Assembly (NCBI GenBank): GCA_965218465.1
Contig: OZ244623.1
Location: 2,801,358 to 2,865,357, forward strand
Reading direction: 5' to 3'
Length of the DNA stretch: 64,000 bases
DNA from: Acidobacteriota bacterium
Lineage (GTDB): Bacteria; Acidobacteriota; UBA6911; RPQK01; G965218465
Made by a program: the position numbers and the translations under genes. Every line of letters begins with the position of its first letter. Within the stretch, counting starts at the first letter, position 1. The notes below the pieces were generated by a model. The model was given only the letters and a program-made list of their open reading frames with translations. It was not told the DNA's origin and did no database searches. Shown here in pieces: positions 46,768-56,704 of the stretch.

Positions 46768-49119
46768 ATGGGAAAAGAGCGGTCGCGTTGCTGGCTAAGT
46801 GCTTTGTTGACGCCCTGGTTTCTGGTGTCGTTGGGTGCCGTCAATGCACCCGTGGCGGATGCTGCTGCCCGGGTCGACCTGGAAGAGGTGCGACAGCTTT
46901 TACGCCATGGCGCCGACGTCAATGCTGCTCAGGGCGATGGGATGACGGCCTTGCATTGGGCTGCCCAGCGAGGCCATCACAAACTGGGAGAAATTCTCAT
47001 TTACGCCGGTGCTAGTGTGGCTGCCAGGACCCGTATCGGCCACTACACCCCCTTGCATCTGGCTGCCCGCGGAGGCCGCGTTGGAATGGTCAAGCTGTTA
47101 CTGCGGGTCGGAAGTGACCCCAACGCAGCAACCACCAACTCGGGGGCCATGCCGATTCATCTGGCGGCAGCCTCGGGAAATCCCGAAATAGCAGCTCTCC
47201 TGGTTGAATCGGGCGCTGACGTAAACGCGTTGGAAGCATCTTGGGGTCAGACACCACTGATTTTTGCCGCTTCCCGCGGCCGGCCAGAGACGATCAAGGT
47301 GCTGCTGGCGGCAGGAGCTGACCCGGCTCTGACTTCCCGGCCGGTCAACGTCGTAGAACGTGAAGCGGCTGATCGCGCCGCCCAGAAGCGTTTGTCCGAG
47401 TTCTTGGCTGCATTTAAAGAGAAAGAGGGAGGGGGGCTCGATTGGCGACCCACTCCCAGCCAGGTCCAGGCTGCCATCGAGGCCGCTCGCGAGATTCAGC
47501 GAAAATGGCCCAATGTCCCGCGCCCCGGCGGTGACAAGAAGAAACCTGACCAGAGCACTAGTGGGAAAGAGCCCGGCGGCGAAGCCACGAAAGCGGAAGC
47601 CAAAATGGAAACCGCCGAACAAGCCCAAGATCCCGGAGCGCAAGCCGACTCGACGATGGTGGCCGAGACCACTCGTCAACCAGGGGAAGAAAAAGGAACA
47701 GCTCAAGTTGCCGGCCCCGATGAAAAACCGCCTGACAGCACTTCGGCCCCCGTTATATACAATGCCGAAGGCGAGCCCGTCGGCGCCGAGCCACCGGCAG
47801 CAACTTCCGCACCGTTGGAGCCGTCCCCTTCAACCACGGGGCCCGTCAAGTACAACGCTGAGGGTGAGCCGGTCGACGATCAGATTAGCGATGCGGCTGA
47901 TGACCAGCAGCCCCGACCGCTCTCTTATGGACAATTGGTAGAAAGTTGGGGGGGACTCACCCCACTACTGCACGCCGTTCGACAAGGCCATCTGAAGGCA
48001 ACACTGGCTTTGCTCGACGGTGGGGCCGACGTCAACCAACCGTCAGCCGGCGATCAGACCACACCGCTGCTGATGGCTGCCATCAACGGTCAGTTCGACT
48101 TGGCCCTGATCCTGCTCGAACGGGGGGCCGACCCCAATCTGGCCAGCACGGCCGGCACCACACCGCTTTTTGCGGTTCTGGAACGCCAATGGGCTCCCCG
48201 GGCATCTTATGCCCACCCCACCGAACATCATCATCAGCAGGCCACTCACCTGGAAGTTCTGGAAGCGCTGCTTGGGGCCGGCGCCGATCCCAATGTTCGA
48301 CTCAAGAGACATCTCTGGTACATGGAATATACATTTGCCGTCTTGCGTCGAGCGGGGATCAACCTCAAGGGTGCAACGCCTTTCTGGCGGGCTGCCCAGG
48401 CCTTGGACGTCGACGCCATGCGCCTGCTCAAGGCTCACGGTGCAGATCTCCACATTGCTACCGTCAAACCGCCGCAACGCCGTCGCCGGCGTCCGACGCC
48501 GACGGAAACCCAGCAGGCTCCGGCAAAAAAGAAGACGGTAGATAAGCAAGCAGCGACTTCCAAAGGCGAGGAAGCAACGGCGGCTCCAGACGACCAACCC
48601 CAGACCAGCACGCCGGAACGGGCCACTCCGGATGAGTCTCCCCCTCCAAGAGCCAAAGCTGAAAGTGAGGGTGAAACGGTTGGGCTGGAAAATAGAGAAG
48701 AAAAGGAAAAGGATCATTCAGGTCTTCCCCCCGTTCCGCTGGGGGGTCCGTTCATCTATCCGCTTCACGCTGCTGCCGGTGCCGGCTATGGCCAATATTT
48801 CGCTGCCAACGCCCACCGTTTCGTTCCCGGAAATTGGCTCAAGGCAGTGAAGTTTTTAGTTGAGGAGTGCGGGGCCGAAGTCGACCTGCGGGACGCCAAT
48901 GGCTACACTGCGCTTCACCATGCTGCCTCCCGTGGAGACAACGAAGTGGTCCTCTACCTGGTCGAGAAAGGCGCTGATGTGACGGTAGTCAGCCGCAAAG
49001 GACAAACGACCGCCGACATGGCTAACGGACCGATCGAGCGGGTGCCACCTTACCCCTCGACCATCGAGTTGCTTGTCAAGCTGGGCGCCAAGAACAACAA
49101 CAAATGCTTGTCGTGCTGA
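46768..49119 (+). CDS. Secreted ankyrin-repeat protein (783 aa) with two long disordered inserts
   Basis: Signal peptide, then several ANK units (GMTALHWAAQRGHHKLGEILIYAGASV; YTPLHLAARGGRVGMVKLLLRVGSDPN; MPIHLAAASGNPEIAALLVESGADVN; TPLLHAVRQGHLKATLALLDGGADVN; YTALHHAASRGDNEVVLYLVEKGADV). These are interrupted by P/E/K/T-rich low-complexity stretches. Confidence 0.9.
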   Translation: MGKERSRCWLSALLTPWFLVSLGAVNAPVADAAARVDLEEVRQLLRHGADVNAAQGDGMTALHWAAQRGHHKLGEILIYAGASVAARTRIGHYTPLHLAARGGRVGMVKLLLRVGSDPNAATTNSGAMPIHLAAASGNPEIAALLVESGADVNALEASWGQTPLIFAASRGRPETIKVLLAAGADPALTSRPVNVVEREAADRAAQKRLSEFLAAFKEKEGGGLDWRPTPSQVQAAIEAAREIQRKWPNVPRPGGDKKKPDQSTSGKEPGGEATKAEAKMETAEQAQDPGAQADSTMVAETTRQPGEEKGTAQVAGPDEKPPDSTSAPVIYNAEGEPVGAEPPAATSAPLEPSPSTTGPVKYNAEGEPVDDQISDAADDQQPRPLSYGQLVESWGGLTPLLHAVRQGHLKATLALLDGGADVNQPSAGDQTTPLLMAAINGQFDLALILLERGADPNLASTAGTTPLFAVLERQWAPRASYAHPTEHHHQQATHLEVLEALLGAGADPNVRLKRHLWYMEYTFAVLRRAGINLKGATPFWRAAQALDVDAMRLLKAHGADLHIATVKPPQRRRRRPTPTETQQAPAKKKTVDKQAATSKGEEATAAPDDQPQTSTPERATPDESPPPRAKAESEGETVGLENREEKEKDHSGLPPVPLGGPFIYPLHAAAGAGYGQYFAANAHRFVPGNWLKAVKFLVEECGAEVDLRDANGYTALHHAASRGDNEVVLYLVEKGADVTVVSRKGQTTADMANGPIERVPPYPSTIELLVKLGAKNNNKCLSC

Positions 49120-49184
49120 GCTGCGCCAGGGTCAGTGGCGGAATCGACCAGGATCCGAAGTGGCTGCGGAGAATTCGACTATCA

Positions 49185-50114
49185 CTAACGAGACACTTCT
49201 GAAATCGCTCGCCTGATTGCCTCGGCCGTAAGTTGGGCCCGGAACTTGAGCATTTTCCGTCCCAACTCCACTGTTTTCTCCAGCGGGGTAATGTCCACCC
49301 CGTTGATCGAAGCCAGCCCGGCCTCCACCCGTTGCGCATAACGGACCGCAGTGGGATCGGTCACCATCATCATCGCCGTGACCCAGATGTCATCGTGGTA
49401 GCCGTCGTCTCTCGATTCTGTCACGCCCAGCTCCTGTGCGGTAAAGTCCTCGGTCGCCTCCCAGCCTGGATCGTAGTAGTCGCGAATGAAGTGAGCCGCG
49501 GCCCCCGAGCCTTGCCAGCGTCGGTTCAACTCTTGGGCAACGATTCTCATTCCGGTCTGGTTGCCTCCACTGTCGCCGATGAGAATGATGTCTTTGAAGC
49601 CGTGCTGCTTGAGACTGTTGGCAATATCGTCCAGCAGCGCCCGATAGGTCTCCTCACGAAGGCTGATCGATCCCGGATAACGCATGGCCCCGGAAGGTGG
49701 GTCGATGTTGCCTTCGGGAACGAATTTCACCACAGGAGCACAGAGGGCGTTCCCCAATTCGCCGGCGATAGCCGGACAGGAGGCTCTGAGAATCACATTG
49801 TGTTTTCCGGTGGTGAGAAAAGGCCCGTTTTGCTCGATACCTCCGGTGGGAACGATGACGGTTGTGGTCCCTTCGGCAATCCGATCCCGCACTTCCATCC
49901 AGGTCAGCTCGTCGGTCCAGAGTGAGTCCCCGGCCTTGATCGGTCGGGGTTGTATCAGAGCTGCCTGCAATCGCCGCTCCCGATCAGCGTCAGGCTGAGC
50001 AGCGGGCGGTTGCTGGCCGGTGCAACCCAGCAGGATCACCAGCAAGCCCCAGGCACACCAATCGGTCAGAGTAGGTCTCCCCAACCTGGAGAGCATAAAC
50101 GTGGTAACCGGCAA
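49185..50114 (-). CDS. Creatininase (creatinine amidohydrolase) family protein with a signal peptide
   Basis: ..TTVIVPTGGIEQNGPFLTTGKHN.. and ..IILIGDSGGNQ.. resemble PF02633. The N-terminus is hydrophobic and carries a Cys (LLVILLGCTG). Confidence 0.8.
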   Translation of the reverse strand: MPVTTFMLSRLGRPTLTDWCAWGLLVILLGCTGQQPPAAQPDADRERRLQAALIQPRPIKAGDSLWTDELTWMEVRDRIAEGTTTVIVPTGGIEQNGPFLTTGKHNVILRASCPAIAGELGNALCAPVVKFVPEGNIDPPSGAMRYPGSISLREETYRALLDDIANSLKQHGFKDIILIGDSGGNQTGMRIVAQELNRRWQGSGAAAHFIRDYYDPGWEATEDFTAQELGVTESRDDGYHDDIWVTAMMMVTDPTAVRYAQRVEAGLASINGVDITPLEKTVELGRKMLKFRAQLTAEAIRRAISEVSR

Positions 50115-50174
50115 GATCTTACTCCCTTCTCAACTTAAAGTGAGGCGTCCCTTTCTTGGCGTTGTTGGAGTCTT

Positions 50175-50609
50175 TCAAGCGACATCTTTGGAAGTCTCCA
50201 TTGGTCTGGTGATTTGACGTGCCCAAGGTGTCTCGACGAAGCCCAATAGGCTACCCGCCGGAGAAAAGACGCGAAAAGTCCTCTGTCCCCAGGGCTCCTG
50301 CCGAGCAGGTTGGATCAGACGGTACCCCTCACGGCTGATCTTGGCGCCTGCCTGGTCAGCATTGTCGACCTCGAACTCCAACGTCAAACCGAGCGGGATT
50401 TTTTCCGCAAGATCGCGGCTGCCCAATGTGCTTTCGGCGGCGTGAGGACGATTCCAGATGCCGAAGTGCAAGACTCCGGAGACGGTCACCACTGCATACT
50501 CACCTGGGTACTGTTCTTTGACTTTGAAACCAAGTGTGTCGCGGTAGAACTTGAGTGCTCCCTCGAAGTCTTCAACGATTTCTGCCAAGCCGGCAATGTG
50601 TCTGACCAT
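50175..50609 (-). CDS. VOC (glyoxalase/bleomycin-resistance/dioxygenase) family protein
   Basis: 144 aa. HIAGLAEIVEDFEGALKFYRDTLGFKV.. has the beta-alpha-beta-beta-beta pattern. Confidence 0.8.
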   Translation of the reverse strand: MVRHIAGLAEIVEDFEGALKFYRDTLGFKVKEQYPGEYAVVTVSGVLHFGIWNRPHAAESTLGSRDLAEKIPLGLTLEFEVDNADQAGAKISREGYRLIQPARQEPWGQRTFRVFSPAGSLLGFVETPWARQITRPMETSKDVA

Positions 50610-50879
50610 AAGCTTTTCCGTCCAGATTCACCACTAAGAGGGGCCTAAACGGCGGCAAGTGGCGGTGCCCCCGCTTCAGCTTCCTGTTCGTTTTGTCTGC
50701 CGTAGAACAGTTTCCACCGCCAAACCCTAATCATAAAATCAGAATTCGGAACTCGGAAGAAGAATTGGCCGGACTTTCGCCAACAAAAGATAATGATATA
50801 TTGCCAGCGCTTAGAAAACGTTCCAAGGTTGAGTAAGGCTAGAGTTGGGAGACTAGCCCTTAGGGTGTAGGAGCTATTT

Positions 50880-51929
50880 ATGGAAAAGATACCGGTAGGC
50901 ATCTTGGGTGCTACGGGTCTGGTGGGACAGAAGTTCGTTCTGGCCCTGGCCGACCACCCTTGGTTTGAGATTCACGCGCTGGCTGCCTCGGAGCGCTCGG
51001 CCGGTCGACCCTACTCCGAGATTACTTCCTGGAAGCAAAGTGTCCCTATCCCCGAATCGATCGCTTTCCATGAGGTGAAACCTTGCCGACCCAACCTGGA
51101 TTGCCAAATTGTGTTCTCGGGCTTGGATTCCTCAGTCGCCGGAGAGATTGAAGCCGATTTTGCCAAGGGAGGCTGTTGGGTTTTTTCCAATGCCAAGAAC
51201 TATCGGATGGCAGCCGATGTTCCACTGGTCATTGCCGAGTTGAATCCGGGCCACCTGGAGCTTATTCCGGTTCAGCGAAAGAATCGCAACTGGCCTGGCG
51301 CCATCGTGACCAACGCTAACTGCTCGGCGATCGTGTTGACCCTGTCGCTGGGTCCTCTGCACGACGCTTTTGGGCTCGACAGCGTTCAGGTAGTGACCTT
51401 TCAGGCCATCTCCGGGGCTGGTTATCCCGGGGTGGCGTCGTTGGACATTTTGGGCAACGTGATTCCGTTCATTCCAGGTGAAGAGGACAAGATTGAAGAG
51501 GAGCCTCAAAAGATCTTGGGATCTTTCAACGGACAATCCATTCTGGCTGCTGATTTCACCGTCAGCGCCCAAGCCACTCGGGTGCCGGTAGAGGAGGGGC
51601 ACCTGGAGTGTGTATCGGTGACTTTAGAGGAAAAGCCGTCTTTGGATGAGCTACGCTCCTGTTGGGAGGAATTTCAGGGCCGGCCTCAGGAGATGAAACT
51701 GCCCTCCGCGCCCGCCAGGCCGGTGTTGGTTCTGGATGATCCAAGCCGACCACAGCCGCGTCTGGATGTCTGGAAATTCGGCGGGATGAGTTGCCTGGTG
51801 GGTCGGGTTCGTCCTTGTCCGCTGGGAGATTTCAAGTACGTGGTGCTGGGTCACAATACCATTCGAGGGGCTGCCGGTGCGTCGGTGTTGAATGCCGAGC
51901 TGGCCGTGCAGATGGGGATGCTGGACTAG
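50880..51929 (+). CDS. asd: Aspartate-semialdehyde dehydrogenase
   Basis: VGILGATGLVGQKF.., the active-site region TNANCSAIVLTLSLGPL, and ..FQAISGAGY.. Confidence 0.93.
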   Translation: MEKIPVGILGATGLVGQKFVLALADHPWFEIHALAASERSAGRPYSEITSWKQSVPIPESIAFHEVKPCRPNLDCQIVFSGLDSSVAGEIEADFAKGGCWVFSNAKNYRMAADVPLVIAELNPGHLELIPVQRKNRNWPGAIVTNANCSAIVLTLSLGPLHDAFGLDSVQVVTFQAISGAGYPGVASLDILGNVIPFIPGEEDKIEEEPQKILGSFNGQSILAADFTVSAQATRVPVEEGHLECVSVTLEEKPSLDELRSCWEEFQGRPQEMKLPSAPARPVLVLDDPSRPQPRLDVWKFGGMSCLVGRVRPCPLGDFKYVVLGHNTIRGAAGASVLNAELAVQMGMLD

Positions 51930-52143
51930 AGCCGCACCTGGCATTGCCGCTCGAGTCTTTCGGGCCGTTGCGCCCATTGACGTTTACATGATTTCCCAAG
52001 GGGCTTCCCGCATCAACGTGACTTTCCTGGTCAAAGAAGAGAAGATGAAAGAGGCGGTTCGGTCCCTTCACGACGAATTCTTCCAAGAAGTCGACGAGGA
52101 AACTTTCGAAGCGGTGCGTGCAGGAACCTGCTCAAGTTTGTAA
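51925..52143 (+). pseudogene. lysC: Aspartokinase C-terminal ACT-domain remnant (about 65 aa)
   Basis: Starting exactly at the asd stop codon, a different frame reads TRAAPGIAARVFRAVAPIDVYMISQGASRINVTFLVKEEKMKEAVRSLHDEFFQE... This matches the last ACT lobe of aspartate kinases (..pGvaarvF.al....in..misqGaSe.nis.vv.eed...avr.lH.eFf). No kinase domain is present. Confidence 0.6.
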
Positions 52144-52200
52144 GCTTTGAGTTGAAGCAACCTTTCTGAATCTCCTCTTGAAAATAACTCGGATCCTGTA

Positions 52201-52896
52201 ATGAACATTACCCTGATCGGCTATGGGAAAATGGGAAAAACGATTGAACGGCTGGCCCAGGAAAGGGGGGATTCGGTCGTTCACATCATGGACATCGATG
52301 AAAATCCCCTGCAGAGAGGTTTTTCCGGCGGCTGGGTGAAAGAGAGCGACGTGTGCATCGATTTTTCGGTGGCCGAGGCCGTACCGATAAACATCGCCAA
52401 CGCCATTCAAGCCGGATTGTCGATCGTGGTAGGTACTACAGGTTGGTTCTCACAGGTGGACCAGATAAGAAATCTGGTCGAAAGGCAAGGAGGGAGCTGT
52501 CTTTACGCCAGCAACTTTAGTGTCGGTGTCCAGGTCTTCTTTCATTTGGCGCGCCAGGCAGCCCGGCGCCTGCGGCGATTCCAGGATTATGATCCTTTTA
52601 TTCTGGAAACTCACCACGTTCAGAAAGCGGATGCCCCTTCGGGAACAGCACTGACCTTGCAGGAGATTCTGGAGGAGAGCTACCAGCGGGAGATCTCCAC
52701 GTCGAGCATGCGAGCCGGGTTCTTTCCAGGAATCCACACCGTCGGTTTCGATTCTCCAGTCGATACACTGGAGTTAACCCACACCGCTCGGAGTCGGGAG
52801 GGCTTTGCTCGAGGAGCACTTCTGGCAGCTCGCTGGCTGTGCGGCAGAAAAGGTTTCTACGAATTTGACCAAGTGATTTCGGGTGAGGAATCATGA
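52201..52896 (+). CDS. dapB: 4-hydroxy-tetrahydrodipicolinate reductase
   Basis: LIGYGKMGK.. NAD(P)-binding fold and ETHHVQKADAPSGTAL motif. Confidence 0.9.
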   Translation: MNITLIGYGKMGKTIERLAQERGDSVVHIMDIDENPLQRGFSGGWVKESDVCIDFSVAEAVPINIANAIQAGLSIVVGTTGWFSQVDQIRNLVERQGGSCLYASNFSVGVQVFFHLARQAARRLRRFQDYDPFILETHHVQKADAPSGTALTLQEILEESYQREISTSSMRAGFFPGIHTVGFDSPVDTLELTHTARSREGFARGALLAARWLCGRKGFYEFDQVISGEES

Positions 52897-53786
52897 CGAA
52901 GATTCGAGGTTGCGGAACGGCACTCGTCACCCCCTTTACACGCTCTAAAGGCGTGGATTTCGAAGCCTTTCAGGAGTTGGTTCGCTGGCAGGTGGATGCC
53001 GGCATTGATTTCCTGGTGCCCTGTGGAACCACCGGCGAGAGCGTCACCTTGACTGAGCAGGAATATCAAGGGGTCATTCGTAGCTGTGTCGAGAGTGCGG
53101 CAGGAGCGGTTCCGGTGGTGGCGGGAGCAGGCGCCAACGATACCGAGCAGGCCGTCCGTCTGGCGCGCCTTGCCGCCTCGGAAGGCGTTGATGCCATCCT
53201 CTCGGTGACGCCTTACTACAACAAACCTACCCCCCAAGGGCTTATTCTTCATTTCCGGGAGATTGCCAAGGCTGCTGGGCTTGCGGTGATCATCTACAAC
53301 GTTCCAAGCCGTACCGGAATCAACGTTGAGCCGGACACCCTGTTTCGGCTGGCCGAGATTGAACACCTGGCAGGTGTCAAGGAAGCCAGTGGGAATATTC
53401 CCCAGATCATGGATATCCTGGCTCGCCGACCAGCGGGTTTTCGGGTCCTTTCCGGTGACGACAGCGTCACCTTGCCTATTGTGGCTCTGGGAGGAGAAGG
53501 CGTGATCTCGGTGGTCAGCAACCTGATTCCCACCGAAATGACGAGGATGGTGGCCCTGGCTCGCGATGGCCGCCTCAACGAGGCCAGGGAGATCCACTAT
53601 CGCTATCTGAAATTGATGAACCTGAACTTTATTGAATCCAATCCAATCCCCGTCAAGTACGCTCTGCACCGCATGGGGCGGTTGAGAGAAATCTACCGAC
53701 TGCCGATGTGTCCCCTGACGAAAGCCAACAGGAGAACCATGGATCGGGAATTGGAATCACTCCATTTGGCGTCCGTCCGTGTTTGA
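52893..53786 (+). CDS. dapA: 4-hydroxy-tetrahydrodipicolinate synthase
   Basis: [10 protein letters not shown].., VPCGTTGES, ..[18 protein letters not shown]... Confidence 0.93.
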   Translation: MTKIRGCGTALVTPFTRSKGVDFEAFQELVRWQVDAGIDFLVPCGTTGESVTLTEQEYQGVIRSCVESAAGAVPVVAGAGANDTEQAVRLARLAASEGVDAILSVTPYYNKPTPQGLILHFREIAKAAGLAVIIYNVPSRTGINVEPDTLFRLAEIEHLAGVKEASGNIPQIMDILARRPAGFRVLSGDDSVTLPIVALGGEGVISVVSNLIPTEMTRMVALARDGRLNEAREIHYRYLKLMNLNFIESNPIPVKYALHRMGRLREIYRLPMCPLTKANRRTMDRELESLHLASVRV

Positions 53787-54597
53787 AATCATCGAGAGCC
53801 TCTTCGAACAGCCTCAGCTATCTCGCCGAGATCGAATCACGGTGGAGGAGTTCCTCGATCAGCTTGATGCCGGTCTGGTCCGAGCGGCTGAGAAGGTGAA
53901 TGGGAAATGGAGAGCCAACGCTTGGGTCAAGAAGGGAATCCTGTTGGGTTTTCGAATGGGAATGTTGGCCGATTTTTCCATCAACAGCCAATTTCGTTTC
54001 TTCGACAAAGACACTTACCCTCTAAAAAAACTCGATCCGGGGTCAGGCGTCCGGGTCGTTCCGGGCGGCTCTTCCATTCGAAGGGGAGCCTACGTGGCGC
54101 CGGGTGTCACCTGCATGCCTCCCATGTACATCAACGTAGGTGCTTACGTAGATCGAGAGACCATGGTGGACTCTCATGCCCTGGTCGGATCCTGTGCCCA
54201 GATCGGCAAACGGGTGCATCTGAGCGCCGCCGCCCAAATTGGCGGTGTGCTGGAGCCGGTGGGGGCCCTGCCCGTAATTATCGAGGACGAAGTCCTGGTG
54301 GGCGGCAATTGTGGAATCTATGAGGGAACGATAGTCGGCCGTGGGGCGGTACTGGCGTCCGGAGTTATCCTGACCCGCTCCATGCCCGTTTACGACTTGG
54401 TCCAATCCACGACCTATCGTGCCGGCTCCGAGGGTGTATTGGAGATTCCCCCAGGCGCTGTCGTGGTTGCGGGAAGCCGAGCCGTACGAGAAGGATTCGG
54501 GGAGCAGCAGGGCCTCAGCCTCTACACTCCCGTGATCGTGAAGTATAGAGACGACAAGACTGAAAGTTCGGTCCAGTTGGAGGACTGGCTGCGCTAG
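53779..54597 (+). CDS. dapD: 2,3,4,5-tetrahydropyridine-2,6-dicarboxylate N-succinyltransferase
   Basis: Hexapeptide-repeat LbH region (..[47 protein letters not shown]..) in the dapBAD context. Confidence 0.88.
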   Translation: MFEIIESLFEQPQLSRRDRITVEEFLDQLDAGLVRAAEKVNGKWRANAWVKKGILLGFRMGMLADFSINSQFRFFDKDTYPLKKLDPGSGVRVVPGGSSIRRGAYVAPGVTCMPPMYINVGAYVDRETMVDSHALVGSCAQIGKRVHLSAAAQIGGVLEPVGALPVIIEDEVLVGGNCGIYEGTIVGRGAVLASGVILTRSMPVYDLVQSTTYRAGSEGVLEIPPGAVVVAGSRAVREGFGEQQGLSLYTPVIVKYRDDKTESSVQLEDWLR

Positions 54598-54699
54598 TAT
54601 CTGCCCACCCAAACCGATCGTAGTGGGTCAGAGCGCGAAGATCTGAAGAGCGACCCGCTCAACTCTTTTACCAAGCTCCGGGAGGGTCTGGTTCCACCG

Positions 54700-55740
54700 T
54701 CAGTCCGGTGATTGAAACACCGACTTGGGCAAGCGGGCGCTGACCAGATAGTGAGGCATGTCGACGGTCTCATTGATCTGGAGGTCGACGGCGACGCTGG
54801 AGAGGACATAGGCTTGGTGGCGGGTGAAGCCGCCACTGTCGACCAGATAATCAATCATGTAGCGAGTGGCCTTGCGGGCTGCCTCGTCAATGGTAGTCGC
54901 AAAGCCGGTGGTGGCGTAGAAGTCAGGACCCTCGTAATGGGGTTCCTGGATTCTCTTGTCCTTGCGGACTGTGACTCGCAATTGGACAGTCAAATCGACC
55001 TCGATTGCCGAGAGGCAAACTTCTCCATCTCCCTGGGCGGCGTGGCCATCACCCACTGAAAGCAGGGCCCCCGGTAGGGAAACTGGTAGATAGAGGGTCG
55101 TGCCCGCGTTCAGATGCTTGATGTCCATATTGCCACCGTGGGTGCGCGGTGGAATGGTTCTGAACTCCCCCTCTTCATCCCAGGCCACCCCGATCACTCC
55201 CAGAAAAGGTTTTTCAATCGACACCCGGACACCGGGCCTCATTTCGGCGTAACCGCCGGCCTTGTTGAATCGCCAGATCTGGAGAAAGGGCTCCTTGAAC
55301 TCGTCCCCCAGAAACCCCAGGGGAGGGTTGACCTGCGTCCAGCCCCAGTCGGAGAGTTGGTAGGACAGGATGTCGATTTGGAGTACATCGCCGGGCCGAG
55401 CTTCTTCGATGTAAATGGGGCCGGTGAGAGGGTGTACCTTGCCGCGGTCCAAAGTCAGGACATCTGCGGTTGTCGAATCAACGGTGTAGTGACCTTCAGA
55501 AGCATCTTTAGTTTCGACTGTGACGGTCTCACCGGATTTGATGACCAGGACAGGCTCCAGGTCTCGATTCCATCGGTTGTGAGTGCTCTCCCGGCTCAGG
55601 TAGTGGTCGCTCACAATGTCCATGGGAGGCTCCAAGTTTGGTGCAGCCTGCTCGGTTGGCTGGTGAGTGCAGGCGAATTGACAGAGGAAAGCGAGCAGCA
55701 GCCCATTTGTCAGCCGGCTAGCGGTCATTCGAGTGGACAT
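54700..55740 (-). CDS. Acetamidase/formamidase family protein with an N-terminal export signal
   Basis: ..HPLTGPIYIEEARPGDVLQIDIL.. and ..HGGNMDIKHL..GDGHAAQGDGEV.. are FmdA/AmdA motifs. The N-terminus is hydrophobic (LLLAFLCQFAC). Confidence 0.85.
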   Translation of the reverse strand: MSTRMTASRLTNGLLLAFLCQFACTHQPTEQAAPNLEPPMDIVSDHYLSRESTHNRWNRDLEPVLVIKSGETVTVETKDASEGHYTVDSTTADVLTLDRGKVHPLTGPIYIEEARPGDVLQIDILSYQLSDWGWTQVNPPLGFLGDEFKEPFLQIWRFNKAGGYAEMRPGVRVSIEKPFLGVIGVAWDEEGEFRTIPPRTHGGNMDIKHLNAGTTLYLPVSLPGALLSVGDGHAAQGDGEVCLSAIEVDLTVQLRVTVRKDKRIQEPHYEGPDFYATTGFATTIDEAARKATRYMIDYLVDSGGFTRHQAYVLSSVAVDLQINETVDMPHYLVSARLPKSVFQSPD

Positions 55741-55835
55741 TCGGTAATACCCCCCCCAGTTGTTTCCATCAGCTTGACCGAAAAGACTCGGATCGACACC
55801 TCCTATTCACTCAACAACCTGTTGTGAGTTCGCAG

Positions 55836-56046
55836 TTAACCCGCCCCTTTTGGTTCGGGTGGCGTTCCGTGTTCGGAAAGATACTGACGAAGCACCTTGT
55901 TGACCATCGCGGAGTCCAGGAATAATTTTGCTATATCAGGCTCGAGCAGCACTACGTTGGTCCCCTGCTTGTAGCGTTCGTAGTACTTGCCCCGGACGCC
56001 ACCTCGGAGATCGTATTCAGGCCTCATGTCTTCACCGGCGGGTTTC

Positions 56047-56072
<26 letters not shown>
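55836..56072 (-). CDS. Putative antitoxin paired with BrnT (small DNA-binding-type protein)
   Basis: 78 aa. ..MRPEYDLRGGVRGKYYERYKQGTNVVLLEPDIAKLF.DSAMVNKVLRQYL is a common small-antitoxin pattern. Its start overlaps the 3' end of the DUF497-type toxin reading frame. Confidence 0.6.
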
Positions 56073-56332
<260 letters not shown>

Positions 56333-56704
56333 TCAAGTAGACGTGCCACAAAGGCGAGGGGCCCACTCCCACACCATGTGGCAAAAATAGCGCAATCCCG
56401 GCCATGCCACAAAATCCCGGCGATCAAGTATAACTCTTAGAAAAACCAGGGTTTCATTATCAAAAGGGTCATAGGTCGAGCCATCTACGTCTAGCAGGGT
56501 TAGGCCTCGAAAAGCAAATGCATCGCCTGTGGCGCCGCGCTTTGAAGATGTTCACGACGTGAAGCCTCCTGTGGTTTTCATTGGCAAACTTGTCGGCTTT
56601 GAGGGATGAGGTGCCCAGCAAACGCAACACCAATCGCAAGATCCACTCTGCTTGCGCGTGGTGTTAAGACGCGGCGCCCGTCTCCCGAGACCTAAACCGA
56701 CCCG

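Noticed and set aside
50670-50730. 8-bp inverted repeat (TGGCGGTG ... CACCGCCA, about 40 nt apart) between the VOC gene and asd, considered as a lysine riboswitch or other leader
   Set aside because: I could not recognise any of the conserved L-box core elements. A single 8-bp stem in a divergent promoter region is not evidence of a riboswitch.
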